The position numbers and the translations under genes are program-made. Source: an uncultured virus (IMG/VR IMGVR_UViG_3300027416_000239) (Duplodnaviria; Heunggongvirae; Uroviricota; Caudoviricetes). From it: DNA of 64,000 nucleotides. Below are positions 63,263-64,000 of this stretch, in pieces (positions within the stretch are counted from its first letter, which is position 1; each line of letters begins with the position of its first letter). Under the pieces are notes generated by a model. The model saw only the letters and a program-made list of their open reading frames with translations, was not told where the DNA came from and did no database searches. Location of the stretch: the IMG/VR virus record IMGVR_UViG_3300027416_000239. The stretch is one strand, 5' to 3'.

Positions 63263-64000
63263 TTATCCTAATGCTATTGCCATAGCTACTGCAAAATCTA
63301 ATACTTCCTCTCCTTTAGAGTATATAGAATCTTGTACGTTTAAGCTACTGCTGATTGATACGTGATTTGTTGTCTGGTTTCCATTGTCAGTTACTTCCTG
63401 TAACGTTAGTGCATTTGCAGTTACGGTACTGCCGCTTATTGCTGCTAAAGAAGCAGAAACGTCTGGGAAGCCTGTGATATTTAAGTTGGAAGCTGATACT
63501 ACTAAGGTAGTACTGTTTCCATTATCTGTGATATCCTGTAATGTAAAATTATATGCTGCTGAAGCTGTTGCAGATACGAGAGTTAACTCGCTTGCAAAGC
63601 TCGCTGAAGTACCGTATAGGTCTGCTAGAGAAGCAGATACATCAGGAAATCCTGTAATATTTAAATTAGAAGCACTAATTACTAAAGTAGTAGAGTTTCC
63701 TTTATCTGTGATGTTCTGCAGGTTGTAGTTTCCTAAACTAGCTAAAGAAGCAGATACATCTGGAAAGTCTGTAATGTTTAAATTAGAAGCACTAATTACT
63801 AAAGTAGTAGAGTTTCCATTAGTAGTTACCTGCTGTAACGTTTGACCGGATGCACTAGTAGAGATACTAGAGAGAGAAGCAGATATTGATCCCCAGTCGT
63901 TAATTGTAACGTCATCTGATTTGGTGTTTCCGTCAACAGTTACAGAACCTGTAAATTGATGTATATCATCTGCTGTATCACCGAATTTTGTTGAACCGGA
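63263..64000 (-). CDS. partial (5'-truncated) fibre-like structural protein, not in ORF track
   Basis: Reading frame from the window edge SGSTKFGDTADDIHQFTGS... to ...AVAMAIALG*; contains internal tandem repeats. Confidence 0.8.
   Translation of the reverse strand, partial: SGSTKFGDTADDIHQFTGSVTVDGNTKSDDVTINDWGSISASLSSISTSASGQTLQQVTTNGNSTTLVISASNLNITDFPDVSASLASLGNYNLQNITDKGNSTTLVISASNLNITGFPDVSASLADLYGTSASFASELTLVSATASAAYNFTLQDITDNGNSTTLVVSASNLNITGFPDVSASLAAISGSTVTANALTLQEVTDNGNQTTNHVSISSSLNVQDSIYSKGEEVLDFAVAMAIALG
63440..63820 (-). repeat. three-copy internal repeat GNSTTLV(I/V)SASNLNIT(G/D)FPDVSAS
   Basis: TTTAAATTAGAAGCACTAATTACTAAAGTAGTAGAGTTTCC is identical at 63660 and 63777; third diverged copy near 63448-63520. 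Confidence 0.85.

Noticed and set aside
1011..63728. Numerous plus-strand and nested ORFs in the track (e.g. 1011-1385, 16617-16958, 41633-42088, 63384-63728)
   Set aside because: Antisense or out-of-frame shadows of well-supported minus-strand genes, with no recognisable motifs.
1..64000. Stop-codon reassignment (alternative genetic code)
   Set aside because: Code 11 gives dense, intact ORFs up to 3880 aa, and TAA, TAG and TGA all end genes at sensible positions.
1..64000. tRNA or rRNA genes
   Set aside because: Intergenic gaps are under about 90 nt and are occupied by promoter motifs or terminators; no cloverleaf or T-loop signature noticed.

Overview
This 64-kb window is a segment of a large myovirus (contractile-tail, T4-superfamily-like phage). 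The host is probably a Bacteroidota bacterium, inferred from leaders without Shine-Dalgarno sites, a Bacteroidota-like sigma70 promoter and the RNR type. All genes except the first small lipoprotein gene lie on the minus strand. Reading in transcription order (right to left): (1) more than 41 kb of giant, modular tail-fibre/adhesin genes (2011, 1613, 2869, 561 and 3880 aa, plus a partial one) interspersed with paralogous LamG/ConA-like satellite genes; (2) tail sheath, tube, a chaperone pair joined by a candidate +1/-2 frameshift at a U7 run, tape measure and baseplate genes; (3) a divergent short family-A polymerase, then gp32-like SSB, UvsX/RecA, 5'-3' exonuclease, DnaB/gp41 helicase and class I RNR (nrdB, nrdA). 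The main signals are the frameshift, a TATTTATA octamer upstream of many genes (the reverse complement of the T4 late promoter), a shared kit of fibre modules with a candidate docking motif for the LamG satellites, and a pervasive (S/T)-(G/A)-S tripeptide in virion-exposed proteins. All calls come from motif recognition by eye; no database searches were run.
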